Positions 25,456 to 37,262 of a DNA stretch of 64,000 bases are shown piece after piece; position 1 is the first letter of the stretch; the number at the start of each line of letters is the position of its first letter. The stretch is from Rhina ancylostomus (Eukaryota). The stretch lies in NCBI GenBank assembly GCA_030265395.1, contig JARFYF010000056.1, forward strand, positions 19,859,636-19,923,635. Reading direction: 5' to 3'. The position numbers and the translations under genes were made by a program. The notes beneath the pieces are model-generated. The model saw only the letters and a program-made list of their open reading frames with translations, was not told the origin of the DNA and made no database searches.

Positions 25456-26696
25456 CTAACCCTTTTTCCATTGGGTGTGACACAGGAGAAGGCCATTTGA
25501 CCCATTGGGACCACTGCACCAGGACTTATTTTCTCACATCCCCATCAACTTCCCTTTGATTCTTTTGCAAGTTAAGGAGGGAAGGTCGTTGATGAAGCTA
25601 AGGAGTCAATTAACCAATCAGCGTGTCCTTGGAATGTGGTGGGAAACAAACACCCAGAGGAAACCCAAGTGATCACAGGGGAACATGCGAACACCACATG
25701 GAATACACCCCAGGTAAGAAGCAAAGCTGGGTCCCTGGAGCTGTGAAGCAGCAACACTAACTGCTGCACCACCATGCCATAATTATCCAGCTTCCTGCTG
25801 ATCCATGGACCCACTCAGGAATAAAAGAGATTCCTATTAATGGGGTAGAATGCCATTTCCAGTACATTATGCTAAGAAATTCCTAGCAAGTCGGGCAGCA
25901 TCAATGGAGAGAGGAGGAGTTAGCAGTTTAGGCTGATGAACTCTCATCAGAAGAGATTTTCTGTGTCTGTTTTTCAACATAAAATGTATCCTTCTCTACT
26001 TTGAAATGGATTGACCTATAAAGGTAGAATAGGCACAAATCTAGAACTACTGGTAATCAGCCGATGCCTGTGATTTAAATATTGCTTTGCATTTCGAGCT
26101 ATTTGTATGTGTTTTTAATGTATTCATGTGTATTGGGCATCCCATGTGTATTGGGTCCTACCTACTTTGACTGATGTCTTTGCAGTTTTCTCTTTTGATG
26201 CTCAAGTCATGGTCTTACTTGTGCTCACAAGAATGTATGAAGCAATGTCTTTGGATTTCATCAGTCTGTGGTTCGTGAAAAACATAACGCACAGTGCATA
26301 AAGCTGAGAGTAATGTTTCCCCTTCAACTGACCGTAAATAATCTGTCACAGTTTCAGCGCGCTGTCTGAACATTCCTATCTGTGCCTGTCGTATACAATC
26401 TTACACCAGGGAAAGAGGCTCTTCAGCCCATCATTTCCTTTCCTTACTGTGAAAGAGCCAATCAGTTCCATTGCTCCTCTCTGCTACAATATTTCCCTTT
26501 CAAGTATTGATTCGTTTTCAAAGTTGATGTTGAATCTGCCCCCACCGCCTTACTGCCGAGGGATACCAGATTCCCCTTATTTCTCCACTGGATCATTCCC
26601 TTTGTTATATATTTTTGGAGAAAAAAGTAGATGGATGTGAACAACCTGGATCCATCACGTCTGGTCTTGTCTCTGGTGAATCATATGAAGGCCAGG

Positions 26697-26713
26697 TGCG
26701 CCCTCTGGTGGAT
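26697..26713 (-). promoter_or_regulatory. CTCF motif (CCACCAGAGGGCGC on -)
   Basis: TGCGCCCTCTGGTGGAT on + is a close match to the reverse CTCF core consensus and lies in non-repetitive sequence. Confidence 0.6.
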
Positions 26714-29700
26714 CTTTCTGGGAAGAACTCCAGGTTGATTAATTTTCTTCCCCCAAATCAGGTCTGTTAATGCTTGTCCGTGAAGGGTGATAGCGGGATA
26801 TGAACTGCATTCTATTACAGAACTGAATGAAATGGATGCCTGTATTCTGCCATATAATCGAACTCACTTTCCCAATTCTGACATTTCATTTCTCAGCTAA
26901 TAGATGTGAAAACATTTACTTACTATCAATGAGACTTACACTTGCCTCTTGCCTTAACTCCTTTCATGACCTCGACACTAGACCGTACAGGAGAAACAAA
27001 TTAAGATTAGAAAATAAGAAACTAAAGAGCAGGTTAAATGTAAGTGGCGCACACCAAATCAACTCATTGGCATGGTCACGGCCCCAGGATATGTTCAAAA
27101 TCCTCTCTTTGAATAAGTTATTCAAGGTTTGGTTGGCTGGGATGAGAACGGAAAGCTCCACATAGGTTCTTCCTTTAATCAGACCCTGAATATAAAACAG
27201 GTCACTTCAACTGTTCGACTGAGGAAACAACAGTATTTTCCAACAACCTGGGTTCTGCACACAGCCTGATGCAGCCACATGCAAAGGTGGCCATCACGAT
27301 CAGGGCTATATTGGGTACATATTCTTCCCTTTCTCTGGATGTACAGGTCTCCATGGAAAGTAAGGGAAAATATAACCAACATTGTCCTTACCCTGATGCC
27401 TTTTTGTGTGTGGCTGCATTAAGCCGTCTGAAGAGCCCGGTTGTGGAACACCAGGTGTTACTGTGTGCTGAGGCTCCATCTGTCATTGGCGCTGGGAAGG
27501 ATGGGCCTGAACCTTCCATTCAGTTGGACTGCGCCCCACCACCCATCCCTTGTGAAAGCTTCTGCAGAAAAACACCTTTGACTGCAAGTCAGTCAAGCAG
27601 TGGTCTGCACAGATATTCTCAAAGGCCTATGGGAGAAGGACACAGTGATTCCCCCCGTGAACCTTCTGGGTCATCCAGCAGAATGTTTCATCGCCAGGAC
27701 TCTCAAATAACCACCAAGATCTTGCTTCACTAGCTGTGAGAAGGGCCTTCCCATCGGTTCCTTCATGCACAGCCGGAGTCTCACTCCCACCACACATAGC
27801 CCTTGAAGAGGTTGTCATGGTTCTGAGTTCTGGCCCTCATTTGGCTCCATTCATGCCTTGTTGTCCAGCACATGGATTCCATGCTGGACNNNNNNNNNNN
27901 NNNNNNNNNNNNNNNNNNNNNNNNNNNNNNNNNNNNNNNNNNNNNNNNNNNNNNNNNNNNNNNNNNNNNNNNNNNNNNNNNNNNNNNNNTGTTTGTCCTG
28001 AGGAAGTATCCTGACTCCAGTCTTGTATCAGTGTGCCACATTTGGGTTCTCTGTGAGTTTGCTCTCAATCAACATTGTGACAGAGGTTGTGTTGGTGAGA
28101 CTGTCACCATCCCAACCCCCCCCAGCCCCCATCCCTGTGTGTCTGCCAAGATCTGGAAAGGGATGCAGCAGTCTTTGTTAAGGTTCAGTCTGAGCAGCTG
28201 CAAAACACAGGACTCTGTGGGCTGTTCCCTGGGATACACATCGAGACAAACATTGACTGCTGTTGGAAAATCCACTCATGGAAAGGCACATTTTGCTTTG
28301 CCCAAGCTGGTTGGTCTTCCAATGTAAAGAGTGTATGGAACTGAAGACAGATAACTGGTACATTGCAAGGTGCAGGAGCATGTGCTGGAGGATGCACTGA
28401 AGCTCAGTGCATTCACTGCATAGACCGTGGTGTAGGTTCCTTCTGAGGGCCAGGAGCAGCTCCTGTGTGAAAACCTCTCAAATGTTTCACCAGTGGAATG
28501 TCGGGGGATGAAACATCTGTAACAAGTTAACATATTGTAATTATTCTCACTGAATGTTATGAGATGCTTGATACACTGAATAAAGATAATGCATGTCCTA
28601 ATTAAAAAAAATTGGCAAATTGCTTTATTATTGTCACATGAACCAGGCTACAGTTTGCCAATTTACCAATTTAATTGTATTATTGGCCACTTGTACATTA
28701 CCTGTACCTCACTGTACTTATGCACATGACAATAAACTTGATTTTATAAATGAAGTATATTTTTGGATAGTGGAAAATGCAAGTACCTGTAATCCTACAA
28801 AGGCTCTGGCATCATTTGAAGATCAAAGTGAAGCAACAAGCAGTGTTGCTCACCCACAGGACTCTGCTGCATGCTTGGTTCTGATTCACTGGCTGTGAAC
28901 AATATCAGACACAAGCCCTGCAGCAAGCATTAAGTGTGATCTGTGTGTACACGGAACCCCTGTAATCCCAGCCACAGGGTTATCTCACACCCAGTGGTTC
29001 CCCTGAGGTGAATTATCAGAATCCAGAATTATAGTTTCAGCAAAGCAACATGTTTATTTTTGTAAAAGAATAAAGTAGAATTTCATTACATTATTTTACA
29101 TTTATATTCAGGAAAAATGATATGGAACTCTGCCGTCAAACCTCACTCCAACCCTAATCCCTGTCTCACTCTGAACTCCAGCACTTCATTGCCCACAATT
29201 TGGAGAACTCATGTACCAACTCTTCTTACATCCACTGCCAACCCAACTTTTGCCCTTGTTGCCATCCCCAGACCGACTCTACACCACCCTGCCTTGCCCT
29301 ATCTCCAATCCTACTGGACCCAACCCCATGGCAATGTCTCACTCAACTCTCCAGCCCCAACACAACTACTAAGCCCTACCAGTTTCTGCCCCATAATATA
29401 CACAGCTATACCCATCCTTCATATCCCATCATAACAACCAACCTGACCTTAAACCCATCCTCCAACCTTCTTCCTCCATCCCACCTTTCAACCTGAACTC
29501 AGCCCACCCTAGTCCCTCCGCTGGACTCAGCTCCAGCTTAACCTCCCTTCCAACCCACCCTCCAATCACACCTTCCAGACCCGAAGCCCAGCTCACCCTC
29601 CAACCTGACCCAACACACCGGAATCTCCAAACCCAAAGGACACAACACCTCAGTGTCCCACAGACTTCACCCAACATTTATCAAATCCTTGCTGGAAATC

Positions 29701-29829
29701 CATGTGCACCGCAGTACTTTGCCTCAGGCAGACCCCATGAGACCCCATGATGTGCACCATCAGATACATATACTTTAGAATAGTGTGCCAAGAGCTAATC
29801 AAGGTGGGGCAGGACTATCAGATCTTCAT

Positions 29830-30275
29830 GATGTGGGCCAAGACCCCTGGGTCCCATAACAAAAGGACAGAACCCCCGATTCCTACAGCTCGGGACAATA
29901 TCCCCAGATCCAGAATGTCAGAGTACCCTCAGATCCCTATTGTGAAGGACAGTGCTCCCAGATACCTAGAGCATGGGATAGTGCCTCCAGTCTCAGTAGT
30001 GTGGGATTGTACCTCTAGATCCTCATGCTGTTGGACAGTATCCCCAAATCCCACAGCATGGGGCAATGCTCGAAGATCTCCACGACGTGAGGCAAGGTAC
30101 CCAGATCCCCATGGTGGGGTTAGTACCCTCAAATCCACGTGATGTGGTACAGAACTTCAGATTCACAACCCTCAGATCCCTGTGTACCAGGACACGACCC
30201 ACATCGCCAAGGTGTGGGACACGAACCCTCGATTCACATAGCAATGAACAGGAACCCCAGCCCATAGTGGCGTGA
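29830..30275 (+). repeat. Degenerate minisatellite, about 28 bp (cccagatcccacagtgtgggacagtac)
   Basis: Repeated cccagatcc...gggacagta motifs, about 15 copies. Confidence 0.7.
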
Positions 30276-30819
30276 GGCAGGATCCTTCCTGGTGTCTTGG
30301 ATCTGCAGTAGTCACCTCACGCTGCTCTGTAAAGTGCGGAGAGCCTGAAGCAATAGGCTTTTCTACCCTCTGTTGCAACTACTAATTGAAAGTAGTTGAG
30401 GATGCAGACACAGAGGCAGATGGTGTGGGGTCCAGATGTTGTGCAGCCTAGGTTAGTAAAGGGGGAATGACAAAAAGAGGGAACAGTGAGAAGGGACAAT
30501 AAACAAGAGGCAAGCAGACTGTGTGTGGAGGGGGGTGTGACAGAGGGTGCAGAGCGACAGACACATGTTATCAGGGATAGTAAGATGGTGTGTTGTTAGC
30601 ATGTTAATTAGGTCTCATCTGGGGTTTGAATCCCCATTGGGTGTATAACTCAGCTAGGAGTTAAGTTGGATTGCGGTTGCAGTGGTTTTGGGATCTGGAT
30701 TGAGTTGGGATTGAGAATGACATAAAAGTCAGTGTTAGGATGGTGTCAGGTTGGGTGTGAGAGTAAGACCAGCTAAGAAGTGGGAGTGAAGTCAGGAATG
30801 GAGTCAGGTTGCGAATGAA

Positions 30820-31690
30820 CTTAGGAATGCAGGAACATCAGACACAGGAGCAGGCGCAGCTCACTTGATCCATCGAGCCAGCTCCACCATCCAATAATGC
30901 CATGGCTGATNNNNNNNNNNNNNNNNNNNNNNNNNNNNNNNNNNNNNNNNNNNNNNNNNNNNNNNNNNNNNNNNNNNNNNNNNNNNNNNNNNNNNNNNNN
31001 NNNNNNNNNNNNNNNNNNNNNNNNNNNNNNNNNNNNNNNNNNNNNNNTAACCCTTTGGGACCAGAGATTCCACCTCACCCCCATGTGAAGTGGGCAATCC
31101 CTTATTATTCCCCCTAGTGCCAGATAGCCTCACCAGGTGAAACTTCCCCTCAGCAGCCACCTTGTCAATCCCCAACAGGATCAGCTATCTTTCAATAAGA
31201 TCACAACTCATTCTTCTGAACTCCAATGAGCATGGGCCCAACCTACTCAATCTGCCCAATCTGTTCAACCTCTCTTGATACACCAGCTCTCCATCCCAGG
31301 AATCAGCTTGGTGAACCTTCTCTGCAGTTCCTCCCGAGTAAGCACATCTTTCACTAAAAATGGAGACTCTGTGCAGTGTTACAGGCTAGGTCTCACTAAC
31401 AGCCAGTAAAGACACAGAAATTTCCATATTTTTATATGCTACTTCCCTCGTAATAAAGGGCAACATTCCATTTGCCCTCCCATAACTTGCTGTATCTGCC
31501 TGCTAATTTTTGGGGTTTCTGTACTAGGAACCCAAGGTCTCTTCACGCAAAACATTTTGTAGTCTTGATGCATGTTAGTAACTTTTTTTTCATTTTTCCT
31601 TCCAAAGTGGATAATCTTACATTTCATCACTTCGCTTACCTACTTACCCATTCACTTAACCTTTTGACAACTTGTCAATCCACCTACAGT
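30820..31690 (-). mobile_element. CR1-type LINE 3' portion (gapped)
   Basis: Minus translations GIDKVAAEGKFHLVRLSGTRG and KCKIIHFGRKN are CR1 ORF2 motifs. Confidence 0.75.
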
Positions 31691-32914
31691 ATGTTTGTGC
31701 CTGGCCATGTGGCTTTGCGTCTGGTATAGAGTTGAGTTATGATCAGGAAATATGAGAGTAATTCAGTCTGATAGGATCAAGGATGAGATCAGCAATGGAA
31801 TTGTGTAAGGTTCTACAGTTCCTTCATTTTACTACTACTAAAAATTTTCTTCAGATTAAGTCTCTCCTTCTCCAGCCTTGACAAATTCTTTACTTGGGAT
31901 CCTGGGAATTATCCAGTGGCACTTTAACTTGAATAACCAGTCGAATATTTATCTGTTATCCTCCTTAATATTATTCACCCCATTCCTATCTACTTAGGGA
32001 TTCTCCTGATTTTGTTCTCTTTAGTTAAGACAGATGCAAAATATTTATTGATATGTTTTGATTGTTTTATCTTTCCACTGTGTTTTAGCTTTTCTTACTT
32101 CACTCCCTCCCTCATGTCTTGATATGCACCTCTAGTTTTTGACACGGATGGCAATGAGATTTACAAAAAAAAGTGATTATCACCCAGAGATATCTCTTGC
32201 CGAACCAGTTCTGTGAGCTGGATTTACTTTAACAAGTTGAAGTTTCCTTTAAACAGCAGTGGGTAACCTGTCAATCACTTCCTAGTCACTGGTAGTACTT
32301 CACATTGTTAGAATTTTGGCTGTAGGGTACAGACGTGCATCAAGGTCACTTTTTTTCCACTTGATGAGTATGATCATTGTAGGAGCCACAGAAGGGGTAA
32401 CAGATAAACCTGTCTCATGAACAGAAGTCGAACTCTTCTCAGAGAAATGAAACCTAATATGCTTCATTTTAACCACCGGATAAAGCATCTGTGAAATTTC
32501 ATTTGTCACTCCCTTGAGATAAGATTTCTCGGAGTAAACCTTCTGGCACACGTACATTCGTATGGGTAAGACAAGCCTGAGAAAGATGATTGAGGTGGGA
32601 GGAAGAAGAAAGACATGCATTTATAAAGCATCTTTCTCATCCATCTTGGAAATTCCCAACTACTTTTACAACCTTTTTGAAGTATTGTCGATATAATGTA
32701 GCAAAGATGACAACCATTTCTCACCCAATCTATCTCTCTAAAATATTACTGACTGGATAAGCTCTTCAAGAATGTTGTTCAAGAGATGAATATTGAACGG
32801 GGCAGAAGGCGCGTCTCTCCTTCTCTGCTTCAAAAGTGGAGCCACAGGAACTTTTATGTGACCTGAGCAATCAGACTGTGCCTCACCTTTGACAGCATGT
32901 GCTCCCTCAATGGG

Positions 32915-33235
32915 CAGCACTGTGGTGCAGCAGTTAGCACCATGACCTCACAACTCCAGGGATGTGGGTTCAATCCTGACCTCAGTTGCTAAGGGACTGA
33001 AGTCTGAATGTCCTCCCCATGACAGTGTGGGCTTCCCCCAGATGCTCTGGTTTCCTCCCACATCCCAAAGGTGAACTGGCTGCTTTAAATAATCCTATGG
33101 TGTGGTTAAAATTGCACGGAGAGCGAAAGGGGAGTTGAGAGGGAATAAGTTGCAGGTCTGCAGGGAAAGGGGAATGAGGCTATGAGGAATGGGATTATTC
33201 TGTCATGAATCCAATAAGCCGAATGGTCTCCTTAA
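32915..33235 (+). mobile_element. tRNA-derived SINE (HE1-like) with Pol III A/B boxes
   Basis: A-box-like tggtgcagcagttag and B-box gggttcaatcct, then a CR1-like tail. Other copies at about 2100-2380(-), 25480-25780(-), 33350-33640(-), 37485-37750(+) and 49100-49410(-). Confidence 0.7.
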
Positions 33236-34059
33236 GTAATTCTGAACGGGATCTCCTTACCTAGGTTGAGGTGCGCAGATCTCTGGAATGGGATTTGAAC
33301 GGACAACCTTCTGACCCTGCTGTCAAATGAATCATTGAGTCATAGTCATTGAGAGATTCAGCACCGCAACAGGCCCTTTGGCCCAGTGAGTCTGTTCTGA
33401 CCATCAGCCACCCATTTACACTCACCCCATATCAATCTCACATCAACACCCGCTCAGAGTCACCACTGAAGGGCAATTTACAGCAGCCAATTAACCTACC
33501 GACCCCCCAAACCTTTGGGATGTGGAGGGAAACTGGAGCTCCCAGAGGAAACCCACGTGGTCACAGGGAGAATGTGCAAAGTCCACAGAGACAGCACCCG
33601 AGGTCAGGATTGATCCTGTGTCTCTGGTGAGGGAGACAGTGGTTCCACTAACTAGGAGGATGCATAAGTACATGTCTATGAAAGCAGACATTCTACTTGG
33701 AAGGTGGACGGCCTTTGAACTGAAGCTAAAGGAGCCACAGCCCACAGAAATGCTGCTTGAGAGCTCCTGTGACCAAGGTTCGATTCCCATCCTTGGGTGT
33801 CCATGTGGAGTTTCCACATCCTCTGTGTTACCATGAATACTCCAGCTTCCTCCCACATCCACAGACAGAGATGTGCTGGTAGCTTAATTGTTACTGTAGT
33901 GCTGATGGGTAGTGGAAGAACTGGAGAGTTAAAAGGCACGTGAGGGAGAACAGATTAGAGGGAATCAGTTGGTGGAGGGGATTTGGTTGGAGAACCAGTA
34001 TAGATGTTGTAAGGAAATAATAATCTGTAGGAGATCATCGAAGATTCAGAAAGTAAGTT

Positions 34060-34900
34060 ATTGAATTTAATGCTTGTGGGAGGGGAGGTTCTGATTAAGT
34101 GAAGCCTGGCACCAGGGTGGAGTTTGTGCACGGTCTAGATGATGATGGAAGCTAAAGTACCGAAGATATGGACATGAGCTTCTGTAGGTGTGTGGGAGAG
34201 GTGAAGTGACACTGCAACGTAACTTGGCAATGGATGGAACCCGGGGCCTGAAATTCATAGTCAAACACTGCACTGAAGTTGCACAACATGCTGAGTTTCA
34301 AGGCAGGAAGAAGGGTGGACTGAAGGAAGGACAAGGAGATTGAAGGTGAGTGAAATCAGACTGAAGGTCTTGAGAAAAAGTATGTGCTGAGCAGGAGACA
34401 GGGTCGTCAGCCATCAAAAAGTCATAAAGGAGGCGAGCGTGTGTGTGTGGAAAGCAGGGGAGCAGGGCACGAGGAACAAAGATGAACAAGGGTCTGAGAT
34501 GGACACATATTGGAGGTCAAAGATAGAAGAGACACTTGTTAGGTTTTGATTTCTGACGTGGAGAGTGATGGATTGAACTCAAGATAAAGTTGTGATATTT
34601 GTTTGTTGAATATCTCCGATTAGTCCAACACTCCAGTTCAGACCACGATCATTCTTGAAAATGTCCCTCATGGTATGGGCAACTTTTGGACAGAGTTAAA
34701 GGGAGTTACAAGACATCCAATGGCAGAAAGGAAATTGTTATTCTTGGGGCAGCTTTAGCAAAGGAGATGTGGTGCTCCCATCTGCTCAGAACAACTACTG
34801 AGGCTGAGACCATGAAGAAGGGATGGTGACCAAGTGATCTGAGGGCAGAAGCCAACTACCTGAGGAGCTGTGAAAGGTTGAAGATGTTTTGTCAATGTCA
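34060..34900 (-). mobile_element. Degenerate L2-type LINE fragment
   Basis: Purine-rich + strand (ggtgtgtgggagagg, acttggcaatgg, ggcaggaagaagggtggactgaagg), typical of L2 endonuclease/linker on the reverse strand. No ORF. Confidence 0.35.
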
Positions 34901-35045
34901 GAACAAAAGCTTTACTGAGAAATGTTTACTACAATTCAATATTGGTATCCATCTCAAAAATGCACATATACATATCCAAATATAAAATTTATATAACAAT
35001 CACTGTTTACAGAAAATACATAGTTTTTCTTAGGAGTGGCAGCTT

Positions 35046-35074
35046 TTTATTTCATGGTTGATGGGAAATTTATT
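35046..35074 (-). terminator. Candidate AATAAA polyadenylation signals of the TOR1AIP-like gene
   Basis: tttatt on + at 35046-35051 and 35069-35074, about 550 nt downstream of the stop. Confidence 0.4.
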
Positions 35075-35619
35075 GTCGCCTTGAACAGATGTTTGATGCA
35101 GCTGCAAGAAATGGACAGGGGTGGAGTAGGGTTGAAGGAGGGTTGGGTAATGTGGCAATATTGGATATCATAAAGTTAAAGATGTGTGTTAGAATTGTCA
35201 TTTAGTGATAACATTCCTTATCTTTGAATGTGCTTTTACTATCCTTCTTGTGTTCACTGAGATTCAATTCAAATTGGTAAGGTAAGACAATATAAATTTT
35301 AAAATACACTCCAGGCAGCACAGATATCTGTCAATTCAGATATTCAGGGTCAGTATGAATGACAGATTCAGTTAACTGCAAGGAATGGCAAGGTTACAGT
35401 CCAACTTTAGTACAAGTGCTGCTCCACCAGATACTATTAACCCAGAGATCCTCCCTGCTCACAGTGCTGATCTTCACACCTTCTCTACACATTTGCTTGT
35501 CAACTGTTATCTGTTCACAATTTTGATTTTTGCCACATACTTCTTTCATTGTAATTTTCTTTCCCGTGTTCAATTATTGAGTAAAGCAAAAATGAAATCA
35601 ATCAGCAAGGTGACCGGCC

Positions 35620-36488
35620 TCAGCACAGAAAGCCACTTTCCAAGTGGTCCTCGGGATTCACTGTTACAACAGCGGTGTTTGGGATGTCTGTATTAATGGG
35701 TACTGTTTGGTTGAGATGATGTAAGACCTTGGCCATAATTCTCTGAGTGAAATTAGAAGGGAAAATCTCTTGCTTGGGCTCCACATTAACGGACCACACT
35801 GAGACGAGGGATGTTGGCACAGCTGTTGGCTCAGTGACTGGTTGCAGGCTCAGGGTCACAGTACAGGAGAGGTTCTTCACAATTTCTGCAATTATAATCT
35901 GAGAAGTGCCTGGTCTGGGAAAGGAACCAGCTTGTGACCAAAGAACCTGGCTGTAATCTCGCACTTCACTCATTCCATCTGGACTCAGATCACTGCCACT
36001 GATGAGCAATAAACTGGCAATAGTCTTGGAGAGGCAAAGCATTGTGTTCCATGAAACACCATATCCAACTCCAACTAACCGAGCTTGGAGAATCTCAGCA
36101 GGGTTAGTGGGAAGCTGATTGAAAATATTTTCCAGCGCTGCCCAGAAACTTTCTGATTGTCTTGGGAACAACAGCCTTAGCTTATGAAGCTTTTGGTTCA
36201 GTGAATATTGATGACTGAACTTTGGTGAGTCAGGGTGGAGGAGAAGAGGCCCATTCTGCTTGGAGCAAACCAATAAGATTGTGACAGCAACAAAAATAAA
36301 AGTTAAAACGGCAGCAAGTTTTAACGAAACAAAGAAGTCCGATTCCAGAGAGACTGCAGCAGTCGTCTCCTCTCTTGGTTCCAATTCGTACCCACGGGAA
36401 TTGTGATCAGCCCCAGGAAAACTATACCACTGAGCTGTGTCAGTATTTGCCATCTGTTCATTCAACGCATCCCTGATCGTGGTCTCAT
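35620..36488 (-). CDS. Terminal exon of a divergent Torsin-1A-interacting protein (LAP1/LULL1)-like type II membrane protein
   Basis: 869 nt uninterrupted frame after acceptor tttgtcacag|. Hydrophobic segment LAAVLTFIFVAVTILLVC at about 36318-36265. Luminal motifs LRLLFPRQSESFW (LULL1 LEDKFPGQSSFLW), TMLCLSKTIA (LULL1 TLKCLSHHVA, LAP1 ALRCLSEQIA) and C-terminal VVTVNPEDHLESGFLC (LAP1 VLPVQPENALKRGICL). Reference motifs are recalled, not searched. Confidence 0.75.
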
Positions 36489-36879
36489 CTGTGACAAACA
36501 TTAAAAAGAGTGTTTCATTTATTTAGCACTTTTTCTCGTAAAAAAAATCTCAAATCACTTCACATAAAATAAATACTGAAATTTAAACGAAGTGACAGAT
36601 CCACAGGGAAGGGTTTAGTTAGAGATACATTGTGCAGTACAGTAAAAAGACAACTTTAGTAACAGAGACAGGGGGCAGATACATTGTGTAGATGGAGTGA
36701 CATTCCAGTCACTGATACATGAAGCAGATATAGTAGATGCACAGCATCGCGTTTGGTTCATGATATGTGGGGCAGACGAGGAGAAAGAGCAGGCAAACAT
36801 GCGGAGGGATAAACAGGATCCTCTCTCCAACAAGAGTAAAAAACATTTGGCAGTTTACATGGCAAGCTTCATTAGAAAC

Positions 36880-37262
36880 TTATTAACTGATAGATTCCCC
36901 CGCAATATCTTTGGTGGAAGAGTAAACAAGCTTCCACCCTGGATGTTCTCTCTTCTCCTCCCTCCCATCGGGTAGAAGATACAAAAGCCTGAAAGCACAT
37001 AGCACTTGGCTCAAGGACAGTTTCTATCCCGCTGTTATAAGACTGGTACGATAAGATGGACTCTTGACCTCATAATCTATCTCGTCATGACCTTACAGCT
37101 TATTGTTTGCCTGCACTTTCTCTGTAACTGTAATACCTTATTCTGCATTCTGTTATGGTTTTACCTTGTACTACCTCAATGCAGTGTGTTATGAATTGAT
37201 CTGTACGAACGGTGTGCAAAACAAGGCTTTCACTGTTCCTCAGTGACAATACTAAACCAATT
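36880..37262 (+). mobile_element. LINE 3' tail (Rex1/Babar-like); copies at about 38905-39195 (+) and 24415-24515 (-)
   Basis: FSLLLPPIG*KIQKPESH..AQGQFLSR-like tail resembles Rex/Babar 'LLPSGRRYRS....T.RL..SF.P'. The 3'UTR gatggactcttgacctc...tttcactgtacctc.gtacaag.gacaataataaacc recurs three times in the window. Confidence 0.6.

Noticed and set aside
24375-25514. ORFs of about 300 aa
   Set aside because: They consist mostly of the N-gap (24516-25216).
27269-27733. 154-aa + strand ORF
   Set aside because: No recognisable motif or convincing splice context; length is compatible with chance.
29117-29680. Pro/Thr-rich ORFs
   Set aside because: C-rich low-complexity sequence.
32915-32990. tRNA gene
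   Set aside because: The A/B boxes belong to a tRNA-derived SINE head followed by SINE body; no complete cloverleaf.
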